The notes: generated from the letters alone by a model not told the origin. 60,584 bases of DNA from an uncultured Candidatus Saccharibacteria bacterium (GCA_964402965.1 CAYODY010000005.1:1-60584), one strand, 5' to 3'; positions 35,758-45,233 are shown, counted from the stretch's first letter. Numbers and translations: made by a program.

Positions 35758-36480
35758 ATGAATACAAACACATCCTATTTTGATTCCCTGGAATCAAAAA
35801 TATATTTCCTTCGTGGTCGGAGGGTAATGTTAGATAGCGACCTAGCTTTTTTGTATGGCGTGCCAACAAAAAGATTAAATGAGCAAGTCAGAAGAAACAC
35901 ACAGCGATTCCCCGAAGATTTTATGTTTCAACTCACACAAGAGGAGTTCGACCATATACGGTCGCAATTTGTTTCCGCATATGTGGATAACAATTCTTTA
36001 AGGTCACAAATTGTGACCTTAAACAGTGGACAACTATCTTCAAGGTCGCAAATTGCGACCTTGAACGATCAAGATGGCTTAAATGAGCCAAACTTGAAGT
36101 CACAATCTGTGACCTCAAGTGGGGATAACCTACCTTCAAGGTCACAAATTGTGACCTTGAACAAAAGCATGAGGTCGCAAATTGAGACCACATCAAAACG
36201 TGGACAAAATATTAAGTACCTTCCCTTCGCATTTACCGAGCAAGGGGTGGCAATGCTATCTTCTGTTTTAAAAAGCGAGCAAGCAATTCTAGTAAATATT
36301 CATATTATGCGGACATTCACAAAAACGCGTGGGATGTTGGCACAAAACCAACAACTCCGCGAACTCATAGAGAATCTGGAAATTAAATACGACGCCAATT
36401 TTAAAACCCTATTAGACGTCATTGAACTAATATTAACCCCGCAAGACATTGTAGAGAAAGGAAAAAATGAACGAATATAA
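35758..36480 (+). CDS. ORF6N/KilA-N-like DNA-binding protein with an internal RSQ(I/F)(V/A)T repeat expansion
   Basis: IYFLRGRRVMLDSDLAFLYGV.TKRLNEQV.RN..RFP.DFMFQL and YLPFAFTEQGVAMLSSVLKS. Confidence 0.75.
   Translation: MNTNTSYFDSLESKIYFLRGRRVMLDSDLAFLYGVPTKRLNEQVRRNTQRFPEDFMFQLTQEEFDHIRSQFVSAYVDNNSLRSQIVTLNSGQLSSRSQIATLNDQDGLNEPNLKSQSVTSSGDNLPSRSQIVTLNKSMRSQIETTSKRGQNIKYLPFAFTEQGVAMLSSVLKSEQAILVNIHIMRTFTKTRGMLAQNQQLRELIENLEIKYDANFKTLLDVIELILTPQDIVEKGKNERI
36000..36159. repeat. Perfect 21-23 nt palindromes inside the CDS
   Basis: 36000-36020 aaggtcacaaattgtgacctt; 36041-36063 caaggtcgcaaattgcgaccttg; 36137-36159 caaggtcacaaattgtgaccttg. Degenerate copies lie near 35959, 36099 and 36171. 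Confidence 0.9.
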
Positions 36481-37600
36481 TTTAACACCAGAATTAGACG
36501 CTGATCTAGAAGCACTCTATCTATATATACTCTCGCTTCTGCCTGTCAGAGAATTAGCAGTATTTGAAAAGTGGCGATTAAACGCGGGTTCGTTTGAAGC
36601 TATTTACTTTGCAGACGAGCAAGAACTCGGAAAATTTGGTTTTCCTTTTCAACTCCTTGGAAAATTAGAAGAAGTAAAGCGAGAACACTCATTGGAAAAA
36701 ATTGTCACAGATTTAGCGCATACAGGCGTAAAAGTTTTACCATACTACGATGCACAATACCCAATTCTTTTAAAAGAAATTTACGATGCTCCCCCAGTGT
36801 TGTTTTACCGAGGTGAGCTCTTTGAGCAAAACACACAGCAAAGCAACGAGCCATGCATTGCTATAGTAGGTTCACGCGCCATGACTCCATACGGCACCAT
36901 GGCAATACCACGCATCACATCCCCCCTTCTGGATGCAGGAATTACAATTGTTTCCGGTCTCGCATACGGTGTAGACAGTTCTGCGCACAAAGAAAGCGTC
37001 GCGCGCGGCCAACGAACAATTGCAGTCTTAGGCTCGGGCGTGGATGATGAATCTATTTACCCACGCGCGCACTTTAAACTTGCACAAGAAATTTTAGACA
37101 ACAAGGGTCTACTCCTCTCAGAGCAACCACCATTCACCCCTGGTTTACCATATAATTTTGTCGCACGAAATAGAATCATTGCAGGCCTTTCTCTTGGTGT
37201 TGTAATAGTAGAGTGCAAACTTAAAAGTGGAGCCTTAATTACTGCCGATTATGCAGGAGACTTTAACCGGGCGCTTTACGCAGTCCCTGGGCCTATCTAT
37301 TCAAAACTAAGCGATGGGCCTCACAAACTTATTGGCGATGGTGCTATGTTAATTACATCTGGTCAAGATATTTTAGATGACCTAGCTATATCTCAACCGC
37401 AACTAACTAAACAACTTGAAACGAAATTAACAAACACCGAACAGACTGTGTTAGAATGTATTCAAGATACACCTCGCGCTATTAATGAAATTGCTGGCAT
37501 TTCAAATTTAGATATAAGCATTGTCGCGCAAACAATTACTTTGTTAGAACTAAAAAATTTAGTCAAAGAATTGGGTGTAAAAGGTTATATAAAAATATGA
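36467..37600 (+). CDS. dprA: DNA-processing protein DprA (Smf)
   Basis: VGSRAMTPYG, SGLAYGVDSSAH and NRIIAGLS, with a C-terminal winged-helix-like tail. Confidence 0.88.
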   Translation: MNEYNLTPELDADLEALYLYILSLLPVRELAVFEKWRLNAGSFEAIYFADEQELGKFGFPFQLLGKLEEVKREHSLEKIVTDLAHTGVKVLPYYDAQYPILLKEIYDAPPVLFYRGELFEQNTQQSNEPCIAIVGSRAMTPYGTMAIPRITSPLLDAGITIVSGLAYGVDSSAHKESVARGQRTIAVLGSGVDDESIYPRAHFKLAQEILDNKGLLLSEQPPFTPGLPYNFVARNRIIAGLSLGVVIVECKLKSGALITADYAGDFNRALYAVPGPIYSKLSDGPHKLIGDGAMLITSGQDILDDLAISQPQLTKQLETKLTNTEQTVLECIQDTPRAINEIAGISNLDISIVAQTITLLELKNLVKELGVKGYIKI

Positions 37601-38790
37601 ACAAAGCTTACAAAATTTTATTTGCATCAATTGTGACATTGTTAATTGTGACTGGTGTGAACTTTTGGTATCAGACTCACAAACCTGTACCGATTGATTC
37701 CAAAAAACAAACTAGCGGCGCAAATTCTTTTGAAGACTATTACAACACTGCGCAAAGCCTCAAAGAAGAAAAAAGCACAACAACAGATATCACCTTTTTA
37801 GCTATGGGAGATATAATGCTCTCGCGCAATGTTGCTGGGCAAATGTTTAAGAACGGAAAAGATTCATACTGGCCTTTCCGTAGTCTAGAAGACACTCTTC
37901 ATTCAACAGATTTTAACTTTGCTAACTTAGAATCCCCTTTCTCTGGTTCCGATGATTTTCCAAGCACAGGCTCTTTGGTATTTAATGCACCTACTTGGAC
38001 TCTGCCAGGACTAGGACAATATAATTTTAAAGTTTTAAACCTAGCAAATAACCACGCGCTCGACCAAGGCAAAGATGGTTTACTTTACACTAAAAGTGCG
38101 TTAATACGCGAAGGTTTAACTCCTGTTGGTGTTGGCGCAAACTTAAAAGATGCGTGGCAAGGACAAGTCTATTCTGTTAAAGGTGTGCGCGTTGGGTTTA
38201 TTGGCGCATCATATTCTTCCATAAACGATGGAGGACAAGTTAAAAATGATTACGTTGCTAGAATTGAAGATACAGCAAAATTGAAAGCCGCGATTGCCGA
38301 TTTACGGACACGGGCGGATTACGTTGTAGTGACGATGCACGCGGGCGTGGAATACACCCGTACACCAAACTCCGCGCAAACTACTTTTGCTCGCACAGCC
38401 ATAGACTATGGTGCAGACATTGTAATTGGAGCTCATCCACATTGGATTCAAACAAACGAAATCTACAAAGGAAAACCAATCTATTACTCTCTAGGAAACT
38501 TTGTGTTTGACCAAATGTTTAGCCAAGACACCAAAGAAGGTTTAATGCTCAAAATTACTCTAACAAAAGCAGGAGCTTGTGCGACAAATGCCAGCGCTTC
38601 GCCAAGCGGACAGCAACAAGTTACTTGCGGAGATTCTTTGCAGGGCGCACCTGTTTCTGCTAAGTTAAAACAAATTGAATTGCTTCCAGTGATTATAGAA
38701 AACTACGGTCAACCCCGTTTAGCCAACGACGCTGAGAAGAAAAGTATATTTAAAAAAATCGGCGTAACTACTGGTGTAATCGCGCCATAA
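37597..38790 (+). CDS. CapA/PGA-biosynthesis family metallophosphatase-like protein
   Basis: N-terminal TM helix, FLAMGDIMLSR, NLANNH and GAHPHW. Confidence 0.75.
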   Translation: MNKAYKILFASIVTLLIVTGVNFWYQTHKPVPIDSKKQTSGANSFEDYYNTAQSLKEEKSTTTDITFLAMGDIMLSRNVAGQMFKNGKDSYWPFRSLEDTLHSTDFNFANLESPFSGSDDFPSTGSLVFNAPTWTLPGLGQYNFKVLNLANNHALDQGKDGLLYTKSALIREGLTPVGVGANLKDAWQGQVYSVKGVRVGFIGASYSSINDGGQVKNDYVARIEDTAKLKAAIADLRTRADYVVVTMHAGVEYTRTPNSAQTTFARTAIDYGADIVIGAHPHWIQTNEIYKGKPIYYSLGNFVFDQMFSQDTKEGLMLKITLTKAGACATNASASPSGQQQVTCGDSLQGAPVSAKLKQIELLPVIIENYGQPRLANDAEKKSIFKKIGVTTGVIAP

Positions 38791-38795
38791 TCTTT

Positions 38796-39143
38796 ATGAC
38801 CTCTAAAACTTTTAACTTAATATTTCGCGAAGTTGATTACAAAACTTTTTTGCGAATCAAAAATGGCCAAAAAATTTACGAAACTCGAGCAGGAATGCCC
38901 GAGTATTTAGATTTATCCTCAGGCGATAATTTAATAATTTCGTGTGGAGCTGATACAATTACAAAGACAATTCTTGAAGCACATCATTTTAAAAATATTG
39001 ACGAGTTACTACAAAAAATTTCTCTCGATGATATTATGCAACAAGGCACAACGCGCGAGCAAGCAATTGAAAAATGGAATAGTTTTCCAGGTTACCCAGA
39101 GCGCATTGCCAAGTACGGAATTATTGCGTGGAAATTAAATTAA
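38796..39143 (+). CDS. ASCH-like small protein
   Basis: 115 aa with a F..I..G.K..E.R pattern. The assignment is weak. Confidence 0.4.
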   Translation: MTSKTFNLIFREVDYKTFLRIKNGQKIYETRAGMPEYLDLSSGDNLIISCGADTITKTILEAHHFKNIDELLQKISLDDIMQQGTTREQAIEKWNSFPGYPERIAKYGIIAWKLN

Positions 39144-39198
39144 TTTGACAAGAACTACAACTTCAAGTTAAACTCCACCTTGTACTTAAAAATATTTC

Positions 39199-41529
39199 AT
39201 GTCCAAACAACTTATTATAGTAGAGTCGCCTACAAAGGCGCGCACAATATCTAAATTCCTTGGTCCCGACTACGAAGTCGAGGCCAGTTTTGGTCACGTT
39301 CGTGATTTACCAAAATCTAAAATCTCTATAGATATAGAGCACGATTTTAAACCAGATTACGCCATCGCCCCAAAAGCTGTTGAGGTGATTTCAAAACTAA
39401 AAAAGATGGCAAAAAATGCTTCCTCTATAATACTTGCAACTGACGAAGACCGCGAAGGAGAAGCTATTTCGTGGCATCTAGTGGAAGCACTAGGAATGAA
39501 GTACAACGATCCTAAATTAAAGCGAATTGTTTTCCACGAAATTACCAAACCAGCAATTTTGCATGCTTTAGAAAATCCACGAGAAATTGACCTAAATTTG
39601 GTAGATGCTCAACAAGCTCGTCGTGTTTTAGATAGAATTGTCGGATACGAACTCTCCCCTTTCTTGTGGCGTAAAATCCGCTATGGTTTAAGTGCAGGTC
39701 GCGTGCAATCCGTTGCGATACGTTTAGTAGTGGAACGTGAGCGTGAAATTCAAGCTTTCAAAGCCGAAGAGTATTGGAGCATTGAAGCAAATCTTTCTAA
39801 GTTAAACGATGAACTTAAATTCATTGCTAAACTTTCTAAAATTGATGACAAAGCTGTTGGTAAAATGGGGATTTCTTCAAGCGATCAAGCGAAGAAAATT
39901 ACTACAGACTTAGAAGGTGCTGAATACAAAGTCATAGACATAACTAAAAAAGAAGTTAAACGAAATCCATCCGCACCATTTACCACCTCTACTCTACAAC
40001 AAGAAGCGGCACGCAAACTTGGTTTTAGCGCCAAGCAAACTATGGCTGTTGCTCAAGGACTTTACGAAAAAGGTCACATTACTTACATGCGTACAGATAG
40101 CTTAAATTTAGCAGCATCTGCCTTGGCGCAAGCACAGGAAGTTATTACAGCGGAATTTGGAAAACAGTACGGTTTAAGCGAACCTCGTCACTACGCGAAT
40201 AAGAGTAAGGGTGCGCAAGAAGCTCACGAAGCCATTCGCCCAACAGACCTTTCTCTATTACCACAAAACATGCGTTCTAAAGCAGATGCAAAAGCTTTAC
40301 GTTTGTACGATCTAATTTGGAAGAGAACAATTGCTAGCCAGATGCAACAAGCTATTTTTGATCAAACTGGTGTAGATATTTCCGCTAGCGCTAAAAACAA
40401 TGCAACTTCCAAATATACTTTTAGAGCAAACGGACAAGTTGTGAAATTTGATGGATTTATTCGTGCATACACAGAAGGTACAGATGAAACTAACGAAGAC
40501 GAAATTGAAGGCGCATTACCAGATCTATCTGTTCAAGAGAATCTAAAATTAAATGAGCTTTCTCCCCTACAACATTTCACTGAACCCCCTGCTCGATATA
40601 CTGATGCATCGCTAATTAAAGCTTTGGAAACTGCTGGAGTAGGACGACCTTCAACCTATGCCCCAACACTAACAACTGTTCAAGAGCGTGGGTATGTTAC
40701 CAAAGAAGACAAAAAGTATGCACCAACCGAAGAAGGTTACATGGTAACAGACATGCTTGTTGCCAACTTTCCGGAAATCGTAGATATAAACTTTACATCC
40801 CATATTGAAAAACAATTCGACGAAATTGCTGAAGGCAAATTAAAATGGGTTCCAGTGATGGAAGAATTTTATGGTCCATTCAAAAAGAATTTAGACGAAA
40901 AAGAAAAAACAGTTGAGAAAACGATTGAAGTTTCCACTACCCCTTGCCCTCATTGTTCAAAATTGATGTTAATAAAATATGGCCGCATGGGGAAATTCTT
41001 AGCTTGTCCAGAAGAAGGAAGCAAAGTTACTTTACCGATGCCAGAAGAAGCTGCACAAATTAAAGCTCTTGAAGAAAAAACCAAAGATGAGCTCTGTCCT
41101 ATCTGCGGTAAGCACATGGAAGTTAAGCGCGGACGTTTTGGTTTCTTCCTTGGCTGCGTGGACTATCCAAAATGCAAAGGAATAGCAAAAATTTGGAATA
41201 AAACTGGATTTAAATGTCCTATGTGTTTAGAGTCTACAGACCGTGCTGACAAACCTGGTGATGTGGTTGAGAAAAAAGGACGTGGTCGAGGTAAACCATT
41301 CTGGGCATGCACCCGTTGGCCAGATTGTACAATGATCATCAACGCTAAGCCTGAATCCGAAGCGCAACTTGCTAAGCTATACGCAGAAGCGAAAGAAAAA
41401 GCCGCTAATCCTAAACCAAAAAGTAAAGCTAAAGTAAAGAGTAAGGCTGCTAACAAAAAGACCAAAGCTAAAAGCAAAGAAACCACAGAAACTCCAGATG
41501 AAGAAAATGTAAATTCAGCCCTTGAATAA
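39199..41529 (+). CDS. topA: DNA topoisomerase I with C-terminal zinc ribbons and a Lys-rich tail
   Basis: TOPRIM region LIIVESPTKA...DEDREGE, active-site region ITYMRTDS, and three C4 zinc ribbons. Confidence 0.95.
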   Translation: MSKQLIIVESPTKARTISKFLGPDYEVEASFGHVRDLPKSKISIDIEHDFKPDYAIAPKAVEVISKLKKMAKNASSIILATDEDREGEAISWHLVEALGMKYNDPKLKRIVFHEITKPAILHALENPREIDLNLVDAQQARRVLDRIVGYELSPFLWRKIRYGLSAGRVQSVAIRLVVEREREIQAFKAEEYWSIEANLSKLNDELKFIAKLSKIDDKAVGKMGISSSDQAKKITTDLEGAEYKVIDITKKEVKRNPSAPFTTSTLQQEAARKLGFSAKQTMAVAQGLYEKGHITYMRTDSLNLAASALAQAQEVITAEFGKQYGLSEPRHYANKSKGAQEAHEAIRPTDLSLLPQNMRSKADAKALRLYDLIWKRTIASQMQQAIFDQTGVDISASAKNNATSKYTFRANGQVVKFDGFIRAYTEGTDETNEDEIEGALPDLSVQENLKLNELSPLQHFTEPPARYTDASLIKALETAGVGRPSTYAPTLTTVQERGYVTKEDKKYAPTEEGYMVTDMLVANFPEIVDINFTSHIEKQFDEIAEGKLKWVPVMEEFYGPFKKNLDEKEKTVEKTIEVSTTPCPHCSKLMLIKYGRMGKFLACPEEGSKVTLPMPEEAAQIKALEEKTKDELCPICGKHMEVKRGRFGFFLGCVDYPKCKGIAKIWNKTGFKCPMCLESTDRADKPGDVVEKKGRGRGKPFWACTRWPDCTMIINAKPESEAQLAKLYAEAKEKAANPKPKSKAKVKSKAANKKTKAKSKETTETPDEENVNSALE

Positions 41530-41543
41530 ATCCTCTAAATAAG

Positions 41544-43259
41544 CTAAAATTGTTGAGTATTTACTGGTTCCTCACTGCTAAGGGAACCATGCTCAACTTT
41601 GGGTCTGTAGCTCAGTTGGTAGAGCAGTGGCCTTTTAAGCCATTTGTCGCGGGTTCGAATCCCGCCGGACCCACCAAATGAGTCTTGCTCGAATATAGGA
41701 TTGCCTTTAGTTTTATTACGGCATAAGTAATCCAACGGTTCTTGCAAGACAGCACGGACAATTTGTCCATCACGCATATACAATTCTTTGAATAACGTTC
41801 GAGCCAAGAGAGCCTTCATTTGAGGCTCTTTTGCGTTTTGGTAGGCATACGCGCAACTAACCGTTAGTGATAGTGCAATCTCAACAGTACGGACGACTCC
41901 CGCAATTTTACTTTCAACTTTACCGAGTTCATCAGTTAACTTTGTATCTTCCATTCCTAATTCAGCCATAACCGTATGGTACAAATCCATATCTCCAGAG
42001 GTGTTATTTTCTTTATCAACTAACTGAAGAACTAAGTTTTTCTTCTGCCGTTTAATGTTCGCTACTTTCCCTAGTATATCCTTACGGGCTTTTTCATAGA
42101 TAACATGTTCATCAGAAAACAATCCCCTGACTTTTGCTTGAAGCTTTTCAGTAGTAGATACAGGCAGGTTGATAGTTTGAAGAAGTTTCTCAAACTGATT
42201 TTCATACTCAGACTCATGATGGTACTTCTGACTACAAGGTACTTTCCTTTTCTTGATAGCCTTTAGACAACGAAGATACCGATAGATGTTCTTTTTACGA
42301 GTTACCTGCTCATCACTAGTCATTTTACTACTGCACTCATCGCAGTATGAGATGCCTTTAAGGATAGAAAACAAACGCCACTTCCGACTTGAACTACTAG
42401 AGCGTGATGAGCATACCGCTTGGGCTTTATCGAATAACGCACGATCTAAAAATAGTTCGTGGTTACCATTTTCATTTACAACTCCGTCCCATATAATATG
42501 CCCAATATAGAATTTGTCTTGGAGAATGCGAGCCAAATAGCTAGCTTGCAAAACACTGCGAGTCTGACCTTTAAATAAACGAAGTGGAAACCCTTCATCA
42601 ATAAGCTGTTCAGCTAAATCACGAGTTGACCAGTTGCCAGTAGCATACAGTTCATATGCCCTAGTGACCCATTTAGCCTCTGTCCAGTCTACTTCTATCC
42701 ACGCCTTAACTTTACCAGTAGACGCTTTCTCCTGAACATTTTTATATCCATAAGGGGCTGTCCTTGGCCAACCCCCAGCTTTCGCTTTCTGTATTAGATT
42801 GTTCTTAACTCGGCGACCATGTTGAGCAGAATAGAATTCTGCTAGTGAAGATAGGATTCCTTCCAACATTTGACCCTCAGGGCTGTCATCAATACCTTCT
42901 GTGGCGGAAATTAATTTAACATTGTGTTTACGCAATGCGACTTTAATAAGTGAGAGGTCATCACGATTGCGAGCTAGGCGGCTTAGGTCGTAAACAGTGA
43001 TTGCCTGAACAGACTTATCTTTTTCACAACGATTTAGCATATCCAGCAGTGCTGCACGATCCATTGTGCGAGCACTCAGTCCTGCATCTGTGTAAATGTC
43101 TGTCTCAAGGTTAAATGTGTAGCCATTTTGCTCTGCGTATTCTGTACATTTAGCTTGCTGTGTTGGGAGAGCAATGCCTTTTTCGGCTTGCTGGTCGGTT
43201 GATACCCGTAGATAAATGAGGGTAATACCTTTTGATTGATTTATTGATTGTTCGTTCAT
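41544..43259 (-). CDS. Large serine recombinase; the last ~44 codons are read-through across the tRNA-Lys antisense
   Basis: Resolvase N-domain ITLIYLRVSTDQQ...YDLSRLARN, a recombinase domain, and zinc ribbon CDEC...YLRC. The C-terminal FGGSGGIRTRDKWLKRPLLYQLSYRP is the reverse complement of the tRNA. Confidence 0.85.
   Translation of the reverse strand: MNEQSINQSKGITLIYLRVSTDQQAEKGIALPTQQAKCTEYAEQNGYTFNLETDIYTDAGLSARTMDRAALLDMLNRCEKDKSVQAITVYDLSRLARNRDDLSLIKVALRKHNVKLISATEGIDDSPEGQMLEGILSSLAEFYSAQHGRRVKNNLIQKAKAGGWPRTAPYGYKNVQEKASTGKVKAWIEVDWTEAKWVTRAYELYATGNWSTRDLAEQLIDEGFPLRLFKGQTRSVLQASYLARILQDKFYIGHIIWDGVVNENGNHELFLDRALFDKAQAVCSSRSSSSSRKWRLFSILKGISYCDECSSKMTSDEQVTRKKNIYRYLRCLKAIKKRKVPCSQKYHHESEYENQFEKLLQTINLPVSTTEKLQAKVRGLFSDEHVIYEKARKDILGKVANIKRQKKNLVLQLVDKENNTSGDMDLYHTVMAELGMEDTKLTDELGKVESKIAGVVRTVEIALSLTVSCAYAYQNAKEPQMKALLARTLFKELYMRDGQIVRAVLQEPLDYLCRNKTKGNPIFEQDSFGGSGGIRTRDKWLKRPLLYQLSYRPKVEHGSLSSEEPVNTQQF
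41601..41676 (+). tRNA. tRNA-Lys(UUU), CCA encoded
   Basis: Canonical cloverleaf. Acceptor gggtctg/cggaccc, D arm gctc-agttggta-gagc, anticodon arm gtggc-cttttaa-gccat, T arm gcggg-ttcgaat-cccgc. Confidence 0.93.
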
Positions 43260-43417
43260 AATAGTTACTGTTAATTATTTGGATAATAAAACCCTGCCTA
43301 GGACTCGGTGTCGCAGCCGAGGTGCTGTAAACTTTGCCTAGGTAGGGCTTTGGGATTCTATGTCGCAGATAATTGTTACTTTAATTATATCATACGACCT
43401 GCCTCTACCAGAGTCTG

Positions 43418-43448
43418 GTCTTTGCTGACAATGCTGTCTTGCTGTCAA
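43418..43448 (+). repeat. Island junction motif, copy E
   Basis: gtctttgctgaca-atgctgtcttgctgtcaa is related to the minus-strand reading of copies A, B and D. Confidence 0.55.
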
Positions 43449-44998
43449 AAAGGAACTTCACTTACGCTTATATCCTCATTTTCATTACTTAAAGGTTCAA
43501 CGCTCGGCGTGACAGCAAGGGTAGTAATTTGAATGTTGCGCAAACCATCTCCCCGATCACGGGTTACTAAGATTCCTCGCTCTCGCAGATTAGGAATGAC
43601 TTCTTCGAGTTTTCGCCATAGCCAGTTTGCTTGCTTAGGCAAAACTTTTTGTTTGTCCAACCCTATTCCGTCCGCTACATCTTTTAGTTCAGTCAAAAGT
43701 GCAGTTGGAGTTCCCTGCCACTCAGCATGAATTTTCATAAACTGCATTATCATAAAGGCTACGCTAGAAGTTTCAATTACTTCATCATGTTGTAGTTGAC
43801 GGTTAGCTTTGAGAGCAGAAATGAAAGTACCTTTACCAATCCCCAGCACCTCACTCGCTCCTGCACCAAACTGTGCAAAGCCTGCCATGCGATACTGCTC
43901 TAAACCTTCAACTTTAGGATTATCTTTTCGGTACTTCATAGTTTGAGATATTACTGTAAACAATGCACCGAGCAAACGAGGGCGAGCCTCTTCAAATCGC
44001 GCGAACAATTTTTGCTCATCTTCGTAGTTTTCAGGAGGTTGTAAATTAACTATCAAAGCACGGTCTAATATATCTGGTTTATCTATCGGTAAGTTAATGC
44101 CATTCATACCAAGCACTCGCTGAAAGGAATAAATAACGTCGTCGTCATTGGTAAATAACTCTCGCTTGCTAAAACCTTCTCCAGTTACTACACGACATAG
44201 TAAGTCAGAGAAATCAGATTTGATAGGACTCAAATTATCCAATGGCAGAAAGTAATTATGACTGGCTTGTTGAATGAACTCATTTAAATCTCGCTGTGGA
44301 CCGACAGTTTCAAGCATTGAAGGGTCAAGTAAACGCCGCAATAACTTGAACAGTGTTGTCTTTCGTGAACCTTTTTCGCCTTTAACGACAAGTATAGGGT
44401 GTGGGAATCCCTGTATCAGGGCAGTTGCAAGCCATATCAGCAACAGCAATCGCTCTTTCGAATCACTTGGTTCTGGAATGAAGTCAAAAACTTCCTCCAA
44501 CTCTCCGCCCTCTATAGGAATAACCTGTGCCTTTTGATGTGCAAACCGATAGAATAAGATTGGGGGCTTTTCTACTACTTGCCAGCCATTCTCTGTAATT
44601 TTGGCTGCCTTGCCATCACCCAAGTCATACCACAGCTCATTGCCAATTGTAGATGCTCTGACATGTAACTCAATTTGCTTGCCTTCATGCAAGGCGTGTC
44701 CTTCCAAAGTTCGTACCGCAGTTTCTATAATTGCAGAATTAATTGGCTTGCCTAATGACTTCCACCCTAAATGCGATAGCCACGACTTAAACTCACGATT
44801 ACGCAACCGCAAGATTTTGCCGCCATTTCCGTCCATTGCAATGTACGCTGAACCAAACTGGTCGTGGAACAAAACTGACTCGCCTTTCAGTACCTTATTG
44901 ATAAGAACAGTTGTTTGACCTTTATCTTCCTCGTTTAAGATTTCGCTTTGAGCTGTATCTTTCACAGCAATGTTATCTCCGATGAGAGCTTCTTCCAT
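43445..44998 (-). CDS. P-loop NTPase, D5/VirE/P4-type replication helicase-like
   Basis: 517 aa. Walker A-like VVKGEKGSRKTT in the central region. The family call is tentative. Confidence 0.45.
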   Translation of the reverse strand: MEEALIGDNIAVKDTAQSEILNEEDKGQTTVLINKVLKGESVLFHDQFGSAYIAMDGNGGKILRLRNREFKSWLSHLGWKSLGKPINSAIIETAVRTLEGHALHEGKQIELHVRASTIGNELWYDLGDGKAAKITENGWQVVEKPPILFYRFAHQKAQVIPIEGGELEEVFDFIPEPSDSKERLLLLIWLATALIQGFPHPILVVKGEKGSRKTTLFKLLRRLLDPSMLETVGPQRDLNEFIQQASHNYFLPLDNLSPIKSDFSDLLCRVVTGEGFSKRELFTNDDDVIYSFQRVLGMNGINLPIDKPDILDRALIVNLQPPENYEDEQKLFARFEEARPRLLGALFTVISQTMKYRKDNPKVEGLEQYRMAGFAQFGAGASEVLGIGKGTFISALKANRQLQHDEVIETSSVAFMIMQFMKIHAEWQGTPTALLTELKDVADGIGLDKQKVLPKQANWLWRKLEEVIPNLRERGILVTRDRGDGLRNIQITTLAVTPSVEPLSNENEDISVSEVPF

Positions 44999-45150
44999 TA
45001 TTGTTTCCTTTCTTTGTTAGCAAGTTGTTCCCCAGCGTGAAGCTGTCGAGCAATAGTCGCTAACGCCAATGCCAAACAATCCACAAGCCGATTTTCTTGG
45101 GCTTGCATATCCATATCATTTATTTCAATTGCTTTAAGGGCGTCTGACAT
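44998..45150 (-). CDS. 50-aa ORF translationally coupled to the P-loop gene (TAATG overlap)
   Basis: Hand translation gives MSDALKAIEINDMDMQAQENRLVDCLALALATIARQLHAGEQLANKERKQ*. Its stop overlaps the downstream ATG by 1 nt. Confidence 0.4.
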   Translation of the reverse strand: MSDALKAIEINDMDMQAQENRLVDCLALALATIARQLHAGEQLANKERKQ

Positions 45151-45233
45151 TGATTAAATTTAATAAAAAAGACCATAGCGTTTTGCTATAGCCTTAATAT
45201 ATTCTTTTAGTAGTCATTCCAACACGGAACGGA

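Noticed and set aside
35933-36196. 87-aa antisense ORF inside the ORF6N gene
   Set aside because: It is a mirror image created by the palindromic repeats, so the same RSQFVTLK peptide appears on both strands. The sense ORF carries the conserved ORF6N N- and C-terminal blocks.
37597-37600. Alternative genetic code (UGA reassignment, as in some candidate phyla)
   Set aside because: TGA works as a stop here. Examples are the dprA/capA ATGA overlap and the P-loop gene stop at 43445-43447. All conserved proteins translate full-length with the standard code.
41544-41676. The C-terminal 44 residues of the recombinase ORF as a genuine protein domain
   Set aside because: The residues are the antisense translation of tRNA-Lys and its upstream spacer, with the typical GGIRTRD...LLYQLSY signature. 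This is read-through created by the junction.
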